Under the pieces are notes generated by a model. That model saw nothing but the letters and a program-made list of their open reading frames with translations, did no database searches and was not told the origin of the DNA. Source: Dipteris shenzhenensis (Eukaryota). From it: a stretch of DNA of 64,000 bases. Positions 23,690 through 36,930 of this stretch are shown here, piece after piece (the first letter of the stretch is position 1; each line of letters begins with the position of its first letter). The translations under genes were made by a program, and so were the position numbers. The stretch is taken from assembly GCA_047967505.1 (NCBI GenBank), contig CM106538.1, one strand, 5' to 3'.

Positions 23690-26180
23690 CTAGTTATGCA
23701 TGCTTTGCTTTGGGAGTAATGTGGTAGATGGACATTGGACATAGACCCTTTGAAATGCTCTAGTTTGGCACTCATTGCTAGAACAAAGAGACGTGTCAAT
23801 CAAGATAAAATCCGAGAACCCAAAAATTTTCTCAAGAACCGTTGGAACACTTTTAGACCTTTCCTCAAGTGTCAATCCAAAAAAATCTAACCCAAATTCC
23901 TCCTGCTCGGCTTCTATCATTTGGTTTGATCATCTTCTGTGGTACGTTTTTCAGAACCTTCCCCACTTTTTTCCGTTTTCTTTCGGACCAGCTCTTGTTT
24001 ATGCTTTTATTGGTTGGGTTGCCTCTTTCCCTTCTAAAATTCGAACATCTATCTTGGTTTACTTTTGGTTCCATGAGTATATGTTAGAAGTAGCTTGCAA
24101 CTTAGCTCTATATACCCTCAACTTCCCCCTGCTTCCTTAGTTGCCCAACACCCTTATCTCCAATACAATCAAGTCAATTCTCAAACCAACCAAGGGCAAG
24201 GATTATAAAAGACTCTCCATTACTTCTAGCTCTATGGCATCCACATCAAAGAAGCCACCAATGTTTTGTGGGTTTGAAAAGTTCAGTGATATGACTAAAG
24301 CACTTGACTTCAATATCGAATATGATCAGGTAAGAATTCTTACTAAAAACTCTAATGGCTTACTTATGCTCAATGAAAAGAAAACTAGAACTAAAAGATT
24401 TATTCATCTTCTTTTTGTTAATAAAATTTTTGACTTCATTTCACTTGAAAAAGTGTTTTTAGAAGTCTTGGAGAGATTTAACATTAATAAAACTTTTTTT
24501 GCATTTAATATTGGCTTTAGTATTTGAAGGATATGGTACCCACATTTTATCAATTGACCCTACCTTATGTAGACATCCTTGCCTACATTATTTTATGAGA
24601 AAAGGTCTGAACCACATTCCTCAAGTTCCCATTAACCCATATCTTGCCACTAAGGAATTAAAAACTGCTTGGTCAAAACTATGCAACTAGATGTGCATAA
24701 ATGAAATTATTGACCACCATAGTTTTATTAGAAACATTGTCTTAAGGGACTTCAGTAACCTTTTTCCCAATCATAGGTTTAATCAAGAACCATGGTTCCA
24801 AGACCCCAATATTATGGATGAAATCAGATATCTCCATGACTACCTTTTCATTTGTGGCTTGGACAAATTAGCCCAAACCCCTACTTTCATCTGTAAGTCT
24901 CTCATTAGAAGCTTAGCCCTTCAATGACTTAATTCCCCTGGATTTTTGCTTTCCACCCACTAATGAAGAAGAAATTGCTAATCTTGTTACAATGTTTTCT
25001 CAACCCTTTGATATTAACATCCCTACTTGCTCTTCTATCCCATACATTATCATGGGTACTTATAAAATTCACAAAAATTCCTTTAGATGGCTAATAATGC
25101 TCATAATTGCATATTCTCAAACATTACTGCTCGTATTACTAAACTAATTAAAGCCTTAGATATTGGTATACAAGAATATATGAAAAGGCTACACAAAGAT
25201 TTATTTACCTTTTCACGGGTTAGTACTAATGCATAATGGATTATCCAAAACCAATATGATTTCCTTGTAAACTTGCCTAAACACATGTACTCTATTTTTA
25301 CATTTGATATTACCTCATGTAATGAAGCTATCCCACATCAAGGACCCAATGGTCTTATCGAATCACTCCATAATTTCATTATAATTACATAAACCCTTGG
25401 CTATTGTGATTTCAAAAAACATAGAGAATATTTTCTGTTAACCAAAAAAATCAAAGAATGTAGTCTTACTTTCAATAATCTCATTTCGTTAAATACCTTT
25501 GTTTTAGATAATTGCTTCTCTAAACATGGGGATAGGATGTATATACAAACTAAGGGTATCCTCATGGGATATTCTTGTTCACCCTTTTGGTGTAATGTTT
25601 ACATGGCATGGTTTGAATTATAGTTTATTCAAAAACTCTCTAAACTAAAACAAAGGGATATGCTTAAATCTTTCCGTTTATCATTTTGGTATATGGATGA
25701 TCTTGCATTTGTTAATAATGATTTTATCATAAAATTCCTTTCTCATAATAACCCTATTGATCCTAATGACCCATATTGTATATACCCTTTGGATATTATT
25801 AATATAAAACCCATTTATGACACTTGTGCTACCACTTTTCTCAATACTTCCATTACACTTATCAGACCATTTATTGGTGCCTTTGAAACATGCACATGTT
25901 GGAAGAAGGATAACTTACCTTGCCCAAATATTTCTTCATTCATGCAAATAGTAATAGGCCTAAAAATTGTGCCAATAAAGTTTGTATTTCACAAGTCTTA
26001 CCACTTTTATATAATGCATGCCATTTCACTTGTGCCTATATTGATCTTCTCAGATTCATTCATCTTTTTGGAAAAAATGGATTTAAAACATTTATTACTA
26101 CAAAAAATATTAGGCTTTTTAAAAAAATAATAAGTTTCAAGGGTTGAAGTTTGACATCAATCAACTTATTAAACTTTTAA
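23690..26180 (+). pseudogene. Penelope-like reverse transcriptase pseudogene
   Basis: HILSIDP...KGLNHIP, CGLDKLAQTPTFICK, GTYKIHKNSFRWL, TFDITSCNEAIPH (motif A), YIQTKGILMGYSCSPFWCNVYMAWFE (motif B'), WYMDDL (motif C), TFLNTSI (motif E), with many stops and frameshifts. Confidence 0.85.
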
Positions 26181-26271
26181 GTGGGGGACAAGTTCCACTT
26201 AGTGGGCTTACTCCCCACTACGTGGACCTTCCCCTAGGGATGTGGGTGGGTGCGTGCGCACATGCACGCAT

Positions 26272-26273
<2 letters not shown>

Positions 26274-26337
<64 letters not shown>

Positions 26338-27670
26338 TGGCTACATACACTTACATACACAAACACATGCACATATTTACTCACACACATGCTCACACGC
26401 ACGTACACACACACACACACACACATGCTTATTATTTGGTCGCATGACCACACATACACACTGTTACCCCTAATACAATATGCATTTTATTAAATTTTTG
26501 TGTTGGTATGATGCAACTTACCTAGTGGATTTGGTAGTAGCATTTCTTTGTACGGAGAAGATTGCTGTTTTCAAACATCAAAGTAACAGGCAACTTCTTT
26601 TGGTTGGATCCCTTTTGTATCTGCCTTTAATTAATCAACCCCAATTTTTAACGTTTGGCACCTTGTCAATTTTTGAAACTGCATAATCTTTTGTACTTTA
26701 CAATTCTAGACATGATAATTGCTCCAAAGACTCAATGCCAACTTACAATTTTAATAGTTGAAGGTGTGTGTATAGATCAATATGGCTATTTTGAAAAGCT
26801 TCTTAGTGCAAATGTGGTTCGACCTTTAATTACCCTATTTATTTGGCTCTTTAAACATACTGTACGCTTTCATATTGATCTACCCCCTCATTTTAAGTAT
26901 GGGATAGGGTTGATGGAACTACTTTGTGGTGCCATTACTTGTTGACAAGCTAACTATCTAAATACCCCCCACTTGCCTCTATCCTCCCCTGTCGTCTCAC
27001 AACTTCTCTTGCTACCTCTAGCTACCTTTAGTCCCTATCTCGCTAAGCTTGGACTATAATCCATTCCCTTTGAATGCAACCAACATTGTAGCCTCCCTTT
27101 ACGCAATGGCATCGACTCATATACTTTGGCCTTGCACTCTCAATTCTTGCTCACCCTCGATATCTACTTTTCTTGTTCTTACACATTAAACGTCTCTTAT
27201 TATTTGCAAGCTTTTTTGCATTCTTTCAAATGGTTGATAGTAAGCTCTAGGGATTGTATCTACCGTGTGACTACCTTCGGTTTCTTTGCTTTTGGTCTTT
27301 TGATCGCTTTGGCATTATTCGGTTGCTTGTTGTGATACATTTGTGTACTAGCATGACTATGATCACGATGAAAATCCAGCCTTGGCCGGTCCCTTTGGTG
27401 CTTAGCTGTGCTATTAGTGGTCGCATAGTCGTTGTAATGTAGCCCTTTGAGTCCGCTTACTGTCGCATGTTACGTACCTAACCATCAGTCACGTGATGGT
27501 GATTCGCTTCTTGTTGAGCGCTTTGGAAATAGTATTTACAGTTGGTCGTGGCTTGCTTTCACGGGTTTTGAGTGACATTGATGATTGTTGATTGCTACTG
27601 CCGTGTGGTTCCCAACTCCATATACTCCATGCCTCTCTTGTGTTGGAACGTTTACCTATGTAATCTTTGT
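26274..27670 (+). repeat. Right long direct repeat (pseudo-LTR), starting in a (CA)n tract
   Basis: (CA)n at 26274-26332 followed by sequence co-linear with 22335-23680. Confidence 0.9.
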
Positions 27671-28577
27671 TTTTGCTTGCCCCTAATAGGTTCTAACCCT
27701 TTCTTTTAACTTGCTCCTATTATATGACATTTACTAGCCTTGGTTCTTGTATGTTTGATGAGTATTATTCGTGACATCAATGACAAGTAGGGGAAGAATG
27801 CTTGGATACCTGGCACCCATTCAATAACCAGTAAAAGTTATAAATTTCATTATTGTCTAGTTGGTTGGCAAGTATAGTTCTTCCATCCTCGAATAATTGT
27901 TATCAAGTGCATGACTACCTTGGCTACCCCTTGAAGATACATTGTTATCTCTTTTGGATTTCATAAAAAATCAATATTTTTTTTTTCTGCACATCAGCAA
28001 TGATCAATATAATGTTTGGAGTACATGTATCTTTTCTAATTTAAATTCCTATTTCAATTATTGGTCCTATTTCTAATATACCCAATTATAATCCCTCTAA
28101 TTTTCCCCTGACCACCAATGCCCTTTACACCATTAAACTATACCTAATATTGTTTTTTGGTAATAAGTTACGTATTGCATCTCATTTTTTCTCGGACCCG
28201 CTTTTATAATCCCCTTTCATAATTATTTACATATACTTATAATGATTCCCTAGGCCCCCTTTCATAATTACTTAAAGTATGCATAACAATAAATGTTACT
28301 TATTACTCATTGTCAATGTACTATCTTATATTAATCCCATACACTAAATATCTCCTTAACACTCTCTTATTATAATACCCTCGTTAATTTTCTTTCTCTC
28401 ACTTTCTCAATTGTTTCTAACCCCCTAATTATGGTCCCCTTAACCCACTCTCTTTAAAACTACTTTTACCCTAACCAACTTCTAATTTAAAACCCAAAAA
28501 CCCCCCTCAGCATAATCTCCCACAAACATTTTTAAAACCTTAACCACTAACTAAGTTCCACTTAACCCATACAAAAT

Positions 28578-31500
28578 TGTAAGAAAACAATACAACGTCT
28601 GTGCTCAACAGATAACAGGATCTCGTATGCAAGAGAGAAAAGCCAATAGTATGGAGAATCAAAAACTTGATTACTGTAAAAGTGATACAATATATGGTGC
28701 TGCATCCCAGCCATGCGCTCTTGTGAGAGAAGCTTCGATGGTGTGCTGGAAACAATAGAGGACGGATGTTGGATGCTAAAGAATCAGGGTTGCTATAGCC
28801 AATGATAATAATGGGCTTCATAGTCTTGCTCTTATATAGCCACCAATCGTAGTCAGTTAGACCCAATTAGGAGACCGACCCAGTCCACCCAAACTAGCCG
28901 ACTGGAGGTTGGTCCCGAAATAGGCCACCAACCACATGATAGAACCGTGGTGCAGAATAGAGCAACTAACCTACGGTCTCTGTTCGGCCCATAGCCATCC
29001 ATGATCATCTGGGGCTCCAAATGAGCCTCACAGTGGGCTACCCTAGGAAATGCCCCATCTACCCTCAGTGCAGTCAAACATGGGATGCCTTCCTGCACTT
29101 GCATGTAGCCTAGTTGGCAGTGTGCCAACTCTATCTGAAGCCGTCTAGCCATCAAGCCACACATGGCCCCCATTTGGTGTCCAAACCAAGACCTACCAGA
29201 TAATTGAGGTACTCAAATACCTTCTCCTCATATGGGGGGCTTACAAGTAGAGTTAGCTGGTTCCCATGTAGTTACACGAGAGTGGAGCATTGATATCTAA
29301 CACCCCCCCTCAATGTCCACCCGCAAGTGAACTTACTTTTTCGGCCCAATGCCAAGTCTATGAAGATGCTTCTCCATCAAGTCTCTTCTTAGAGCCTTTG
29401 TGAAGATGTCTACAGCATTCTCTATAGTCGGACAGTACACCAAGTCGACCTCTCCATCCATGATGAGCTCGCGTACAAAGTGATATTGAATCTCAATGTG
29501 TTTTTTGCGAGCGTGGAACATAGGGTTCCTTGCAATCTCCATGCAACTCTAATTGTCACATGATAACTGCGTAGGCTTGTTCTGCACTGTACCCATGTCC
29601 ACTAAAATCCTCCTCAACCACACTACCTCACAAGAAGCAAAACATGTTGATTTGTACTCAGCCTCGGTAGAAGAAAGAGCGACTGTAGGTTGCTTCTTGC
29701 TGACCCACGACACAGCTCCAGATCCAAGTGAGAAATAGTAACCTGTCACTGATCTCCTGCTATCCATGTCTCCTGCCCAATCCGAGTCATAGAATTCGGT
29801 CAAGATGTTGCCCTTGGTATAGGTGATGCCATAATCAAGTCTACCTTTGATGTATTTTAGCACCTGCATCTTTGCCCTCCAATGGTTCTCCCAGGGCTTA
29901 TTGGAAAACATGCTTAGTATACCAATCGCAAAGCTAATGTCCGGCCGCATGTTGCACAAGTAAATCAAGCTGCCCACAAGCCTTCTATACTTCACTTCGT
30001 CCACCAGTGGTGATGAATCTTCGTTTGAGAGCTTCATGTCAACCTCCATAGGGGTACCAACTGTCTTGCACTCAGCCATGCCAAATGCCTTCAGTATCTC
30101 TCCAGCATACTTCAGCTGTGAGATGACCTGTTTGGCTCTTGCCAAACTTCAATCCCCAAACAGAAATGCATGAGTCCACGGTCTGTCATTTCAAACTCTC
30201 TCTTCCTAGCAAATTCTTTGTCTACGAGATCTTCTCTTCATGGTTCCTTGTTATGACAAGGTCGTCCACGTAAAGGACCATGATCATACACCTACCTCCT
30301 TCTCTATAGTTATACAAATTTGCATCAGATGGGATCCTCCTGAACCTATTTTGCAGAAAGTAGGCAATCCACTGTTACCATGCTCGTGGGGCCTGTTTCA
30401 GCTCGTAAAGTGCCTTCTTCAGTTTACAGACTTTACCTTCTGAATTGGGGATCACAAAACCTGGTAATTGTTCCATGTATACCTCCTCCTTGAGATCTCT
30501 ATTCAAAAAGGCGGATTTTACATCCATCTAAAACACGGGCCAACTTTCTTGTGCTGCTATAGCCAAAACACTGTGAATTGTGGTTAGTCGAGCTGTGGGA
30601 GAAAAAGTATCCTGATAATCAAAACCATGTACCTGTGCGAATCCTTTTACCACGATCCTTATCCAGCGTGCCATTGGACTTGTACTTGGTCTTGTACACC
30701 CACTTGGTTCCGATTACCTTGCGTTTTGGTGGTCGATCCACAAGGTCCCAAGTGTTGTTCTTCATTATGGAGCCATACTCTGACTACATAGCCTCCATCC
30801 ACCTATCATCACCCTGTGCCTCTTCAAGACACTTGGGTTCTTCAGCACGAATCACCTCTGTCATCAAAGCGTCATTGACCAAGTGTTCCTGCACCCTTCT
30901 TTGCTCCTCTAATCTCTTGGACCGGCGGTGTTCAGATGGTTCCTCCTCAATGGCTAGAGGTTGTCTATCATCCAAAAGCTACTTTACCCACTTTGGAAAT
31001 GGCCATTGCCATTGTGGTTCCACAGGCTCTTCTTCCTCTTCTTTATCTTGAATCCTCCCAAGCACCGTTGGGGGAGTTCAGTCTGTTGTTGGTGATTGTA
31101 TTGGATGGATATCCTGGTCCTAGTTGTCTGGGAAGGAAGCATCCTCCTCCAATTGATGCGGCTGTTCTGAGAAGACCACATCACAACTTACTAGTACCTT
31201 CTTAGTAACAGGGTTATAGAGATGATAACCCTTTGCCTCTTCACTGTAGCCCAAGAAAATATAGTTCCGACTCTTCGGTTCCCATTTAGTCCTATTAGCA
31301 TCAGGGACATGCACAAAACAGTCACATCCAAAAACTCTGAAATGTGCAGCTGAAGGTTTCTTACCAAAAAAGGCCTGCAATGGAGTCATCCTATTCACAG
31401 CCTTCGTGTAGCTACGAGTCACAATGTAAACTGCCGTGTTACATGCTTCAGCCCAGAAAGTCTTTAGCAAATCTTTCCCTTTCATCATACTCCTACCCAT

Positions 31501-32699
31501 TTCGTAGATGACGTGCATCTTGCATTCTGCTACTCCATTTTGTTGTGATGTATGTGGTGGGAGTTTCTGCCTCTTGATCCTGTGACTTTTGCAGTAACTT
31601 TCAAATTCACTTGATGTGAACTCACCACCTCTATTTGATCTCAACTTCTTCACCTTCCTCCCCATTTCTGTCTCGACCATTACATGCCATTCTTTGAACT
31701 TACTAAAAACCTCATCTTTAATCTTCAAGAAGTATATCCATATCCTTCTACTGTAGTCTTCGATCAGCATCATGAAGTAGTAGGAACCACCCAAAGCTTT
31801 CGTCTCCATCTGCCGATGCTGCTTGCCCATCATGCAAGCTTCACATACATCGGGCAGATCTATAATTTCTAGTAGGTCTACAATCATTCCACTTTTATGC
31901 ATCTCCTTTAAAGGACTAAGGTTTAGATGACCAAACCTCTCATGCCACAGCTTAGTGTTCTTCACATCGGCTCGAGCACTGAAAGCTGAGAGTTCATAGA
32001 TGTTGTTGCATCGTGTACCTTTACCAACGACCTTCCCTTGAAGATCCAAAATCTGTGCACCATTCTTATCGAATTGAACTTTGAGGTCGTGATCCGTGAT
32101 CACAGAAATGGACAACAAGTTCCTCTTGATATCAGGCACATAAAGAACATCGGAGAACTGTTTTACAACTCCATCTGACTTAAGAGCAATCGTAGCTTTT
32201 CCTTTTGCTGGATATTTTGCATCATTGCCAATTGCTACCAGGATGTCATTCCCTACCAGATGTAGAGAGGTATACCAATCCTTCCGACTAGTCATGTGGC
32301 GCAATGTGCCACTATCAATAATCCAAGGTTCATCTGCAGGTACATGAACTGCCTTCATGCAAATCTCCTCGATTGCTATGAACAGCTTTACTAGTACTGC
32401 TTGCGCACTATTGCAAGACTCTTTCTTTACTCTGTTCTTCCCGAGACATGCTCCATCCACCCTCAGTGCGGTCAGTCATGGGATGCCTTCCCACACTTGC
32501 ATGTAGCCTACTTGGCAATGTGCCAACTCTATCTAAAGCCATCCAGCCATCAGGCCACACATGGCCCCCATCTGGTGTCTAAACTAGGACCTACTGGATA
32601 ACCGAGCTACTCAAATGCCTTCTCCTCATATGGGGGGCTTAAAGTAGAGTTAGCTGGTTCCCGCATAGTTACACGAGAGTGGAGCATTGATACCTAATA
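28578..32699 (-). mobile_element. Ty1/copia element, deleted derivative (full 3' LTR, partial 5' LTR, no PBS and most of gag missing)
   Basis: 3' LTR 28578-29302, PPT complement ccccccctca at 29303, 5' LTR remnant ~32447-32699, imperfect TSD aaaat/gaaat. PR-IN in ORF 31120..32460; RT/RNase H in 29549..30145 and 29333..29542 (KHIEIQYHFVRE, VDIFTKAL). Same family as 57626-62372. Confidence 0.92.
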
Positions 32700-34186
32700 G
32701 AAATTCCCCCCAACACTTTTCCCAACCTAACCAACCACACATACCTAACCCCCCTTACCTTACCTAACATTCTTCCTTGCTCCACCACCCATATGTAATT
32801 ATTATAGTTTTCTTGCCTTGTAACCCCTCCACCATTTTCGTTACTGAAGAAGCCACCGCCCTTGCCTACCCTTGATTGCACCTTTTGCTTCTCTTTATGA
32901 CTCATGCGATTCTTCTTCTCATTGTTCCGCCACCTTGGTTGCTCATATTCTACCTTGACGACCAATGTCTCACTTGTTGAGTCCTCTTCTTAAGTGGCTC
33001 TTAGCTACTGGTTCGCTTGTAGTCTTGCCAATGCTTCCACCTCCTTGTTATCATTTGCTCAACACTCTCTCCTTTAGCTGCTACTGCTACCTAGCTACCC
33101 GGTTGGTCTCTACTTCATCTCTTACTTCTCCGCCAACTGCAGCACCTACTTATGGAGCTCTCTTAATTTTTGGGCTGGTTGCAAACCCCCGTCGCTTCAC
33201 ATGCTTAGGTGCGCTTCATTCCGAAGGCTTTTGTTCAACTTGTGACTTACCTCTCACAGGATCCGCCTTGTGCCCTCCACCACTTGTTTGAACTATGTTA
33301 TGGCCATTGTGATTGACTAGCTTTTTGGCTCATAGGTTCTTCATAGTCGCTCTTACTTATATTGCATGTAGAATTTTAAAGACATCTCTTTCATGATGGT
33401 ACTCGTGGCTTTCCCTTGTTTTTGCACTCAGAAGCATTGTTTGCTCTCTTAGTGGTCGTGTCTCCTACTGCAGGATTGTTGCGCCATGCCCAATTCCTTA
33501 TTTATGTTCCAACTTCCCCCTTTTTTTCACACAATTAATTCTCCTTTTAATTTATCTTTAATGCTAACTTTATTTATTAAATTTTATTTCTTACTTTATT
33601 CATTTAAGTACTTTATTTTTTCTTAATTTTACTATTAATTTTTCTATAGTTGTTCCCTTCATTTATTTGTGGTTAATCTTTCAAGGATGGGGATTAACCT
33701 CCTTGTAAATTGTGGATTATTTAATTTGCTCGAGTCTCATTCCTAAATTTAAGGGTGTGGACTACCCCCCTCATTAATATCTTTTTGTGGTGTTTCCCAT
33801 GGCTGGTTTCAACTTTTCTCTTTTATCTCTAGTAAAATTTCCTTTGGTTGTAGGAAGTTATTCATTTATGAGAATTTGAAAGGTCTATCAATTATGGTTA
33901 TGGAATACCCCTCATGAGACACGTGATGCTACTTTTGCATTATGCTCTTATGGTATTTTCAAAAACTTACTAGTGAATCTAGAGAGTTGTCTATGTTCCT
34001 TGGAAGAGTAATAACAAGCCAGGGGATACAGGCATTACCTGTCTACCCATATGAAATGATGATATTCTGATACCTAATTTTTCTTAGATGGTGGCAGGTA
34101 AGTGGACCTTGACCTCGAAGCCTAGACTACCTAATGGATTCGACATTTTTGTACTAATTCAAGTCAGCAAACTCAATATAAAGAAT

Positions 34187-34636
34187 ATTCTTTTGTCAAC
34201 TCGCCTATTTTCTTTTTTATAAAAGCTATGGATTGCAATATTGTCAAAAGGTACTTCAATTTAGTTTTATTTATTTATATTTTCCAACCAGTGCTTTTTT
34301 ATCCAAATGATTGAATTAATTGTATGATTCATTTATTGATGGGATTTTTAAATCTTAACACACACACTGATCTCCCAACTAGCCTTTGGTTGGGCTAGTA
34401 CCCTATAATTAATTCATTATCATTGTATAAGTTTAAGCATGTTAAATCTTTGTCTTTACAAAAATTCTTTTACCAATCCTCCTATTTTCTTTTTAAAATA
34501 AAAGTTTTGGATTGCAATATTGTTAAAGGGTACTTCAATTTAGTTTTATTTATTTATTTATATTTTTTCAAACCAGTCCTTTTTTATCCAATTGGTGGAA
34601 TTAATTGTATGGCTCATTTATTGATGGGACTTTTAA

Positions 34637-34668
<32 letters not shown>
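34187..34668 (+). repeat. Two ~180-bp direct repeats each ending in (CA)n
   Basis: ggattgcaatattgt...tacttcaatttagttttattt...ttattgatggga..ttaaatct followed by CA repeats, at ~34187-34367 and ~34465-34668. Confidence 0.88.
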
Positions 34669-34673
<5 letters not shown>

Positions 34674-35049
34674 AGCTATCTCCTTTCTTTTTAGTTATTA
34701 CTTTTAGGATGCCATCTTGAAGATCTTCTTAATGTTTTTGTGTGGGAGAGAAGGGGTTGTGATCTATCCTTACACAAACGCAAGCTCAAGCAAATAAAGG
34801 GATTGTAGTTTTTTTTTAATAGATGCTTGAAGGGGGATCCGGGCTTGGAGGGATTCCAAGAACTTCCTTCAAACTATACCAGATGCACAAAAGTGACGGT
34901 TGCGTTGGTTGCTTTATGCTCGTCTAACCTTAGCAAAACACAATTGTGATATATTATAAAATCGTCCGAGTGTTGAAACTCTCATATTATTGATAAACTC
35001 AATAGTAGAGAAATGGCAACGTGGAAAATTTAAAAGTAGATAGAGATCA

Positions 35050-35100
35050 GGCCCCCTCCTTAAAAATTATAAATCCCTTGCCAACCTCCCCCCCTCCCCC

Positions 35101-35150
<50 letters not shown>

Positions 35151-35400
35151 TTCCTAAAAGCAGCCCCCCCCCCTCCCCCTAAAATTTAAAGTCCCCCCAC
35201 CCCCCTAAAATTTAAAAGCCCCTTCTCCCTCCCCTCCATTTAAAATCCCCCCCCTTGCAAAAATTAAACCCCCCCCCTTGCAAAAATTTAAAATCCCCCC
35301 CCCCCCTAAATTTTAAAAAAAAAGCCCCCCCCTGCCTCCCTCCTCCCCTCCTCCTCTCCAATATTAAACCCCCCTCCCCCTCCTCCTCTAATATATAAAT
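35050..35400 (+). repeat. Low-complexity array of aaaatttaaa + poly-C units with an embedded (CA)n
   Basis: Repeated aaaatttaaa(a)..cccccc motifs; (CA)n at ~35107-35146. Confidence 0.85.
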
Positions 35401-35457
35401 TGAGCTTCACGAATATTTAAATTCAAGCTCGATTTTAAAACTGAGCTTCACGGAGGA

Positions 35458-35617
35458 TGAGAAGATAAGATTGTGGGAGAGGAGAGCACACACAAAGGGA
35501 TAGGAGACACCAAAAGTGGTGGAGCAAAAGCTACTCCAGCTCATTCCTCTTTCATATATATATGAGTATACATGGGCACTATACAAGTGGGTGGGCACAC
35601 TGCCCTTTACCCCAATA
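35458..35617 (-). mobile_element. Short LTR-like remnant
   Basis: Reverse complement starts tattggggtaaagggcagtgtgcc (compare 11162) and ends ctctcccacaatcttatcttctca (compare the LTR end at 11642-11660). No TSD found. Confidence 0.5.
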
Positions 35618-35619
35618 GT

Positions 35620-36930
35620 CCCATCCTTAGGACTCTTTGATAGTATAAGGGGATTACTTATTTAAAGGTATTTGAAAAGTTTCATGACTATGGTATATAC
35701 ATAGGTATGGTATAGGCATAGTGATGCACAATTTTTTTGCAGTAATGCACCATCCATGTTTGAAATGAGAAAACATGCATGTCCCATTATTTGAATGATT
35801 TTTGAACATTATGAAACCTTACAAAGTATATAGGATTTATTCACTCAAAGGTCTTTGAAAAATTTCATGACCATCAAACATAGATACCTATGGTTTAAGG
35901 GTATTAATGCATAATTTTTTGGCAATTATGCTCGAGCCATGGTGGACAATGAGAAAATGTCCACCATACAAATGATTTTGGACCTTATGAAAAATAAATT
36001 ATAAAGGCCTTAATCATTTAAAATCCCTAAAAAGTTTTGTGACCATTGGACACATACATCTATGGTGGAGCATCCCGGTGCACAATTTATGTATGGTGCA
36101 TGCTCCAAAATGAGAAGAGGTGCATATACCACTGTGCAAACTACTTATGGAACTTTTTGAGTATAAGGGAATTAATCATTGAAAGTTCTTTGCAAAGTCT
36201 GATGATCATGCCATACATACATGTATGATATACGCATACAAATTCATAATTTCTTGACAATTATGCACAATGTGTTGTCGAAAATGGAAAAATGTGCATT
36301 TTCCACCATATAAATGATGTCCCATCCTTATGAAACTTTGCAAATATAAGGAAATTACTCATTTAAAAGTATTTACAAAGTTTGATGACCGTCGGCGGAC
36401 AATACAGCTATAACAGCTTTAGTGTAAGCATACCGACGCACAATATTTTGGGTAGTAATACACCATTCACAGTCAAAATATGAGAAAATGTGCATGTCCC
36501 ATCATACAAATGATTTTTTAGCCTTATGAAAACTTGCAAGTACATAGTAATTATTCATCAAAAAATCTTTGCAATTTTTCATGGCCATTAGCTACTATGG
36601 TAAGAATACTGACACATAAATGTTCTAGACTTAAAGCACTATCAGTGGACGAAAAAGAGTAAATGTGCATGTCCCACCATATAAATGATTTTCAAACCTT
36701 ATGAAACTTTAAAATTATAAATTATTTAGTTGTTTAAATGTCTCTACAAAGTTTTATGACCATCAAACACATACACTTTTGGTATAAGCATTCCTATGCA
36801 CAATTCTTTGGCATTTATGCACCGTGTCTGCTTGAAAATGAGAAAAGGTGCATGTGACACCATATAAATGATGTTAGACCCCTATATAACTTTGAAATTA
36901 TAAGGGCATTACTTATTTAAATGACTTAGA
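35620..36930 (+). repeat. Diverged satellite-like tandem array, ~160-195 bp unit, about 7 copies
   Basis: atgagaaaa..tgcatgtcccaccata.aaatgattt..ccttatgaaac recurs near 35766, 35950, 36110, 36284, 36480, 36655 and 36838. Confidence 0.88.

Larger units (their letters stand above)
22321..27670 (+). mobile_element. Penelope-like retroelement (Naiad/Chlamys-like), degenerate, with pseudo-LTRs
   Basis: PLE-type RT remnant flanked by ~1.4 kb direct repeats that begin in (CA)n. No TG..CA termini, PBS or PPT. Confidence 0.75.

Noticed and set aside
27750-27815. Hammerhead ribozyme near the PLE (ttgatgag plus a possible stem)
   Set aside because: The core lacks the C of CUGAUGA and no GAAA follows the candidate stem II.
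28430-28575. Interstitial telomeric repeat
   Set aside because: Only scattered ccctaa/taacc words; no tandem CCCTAAA array.
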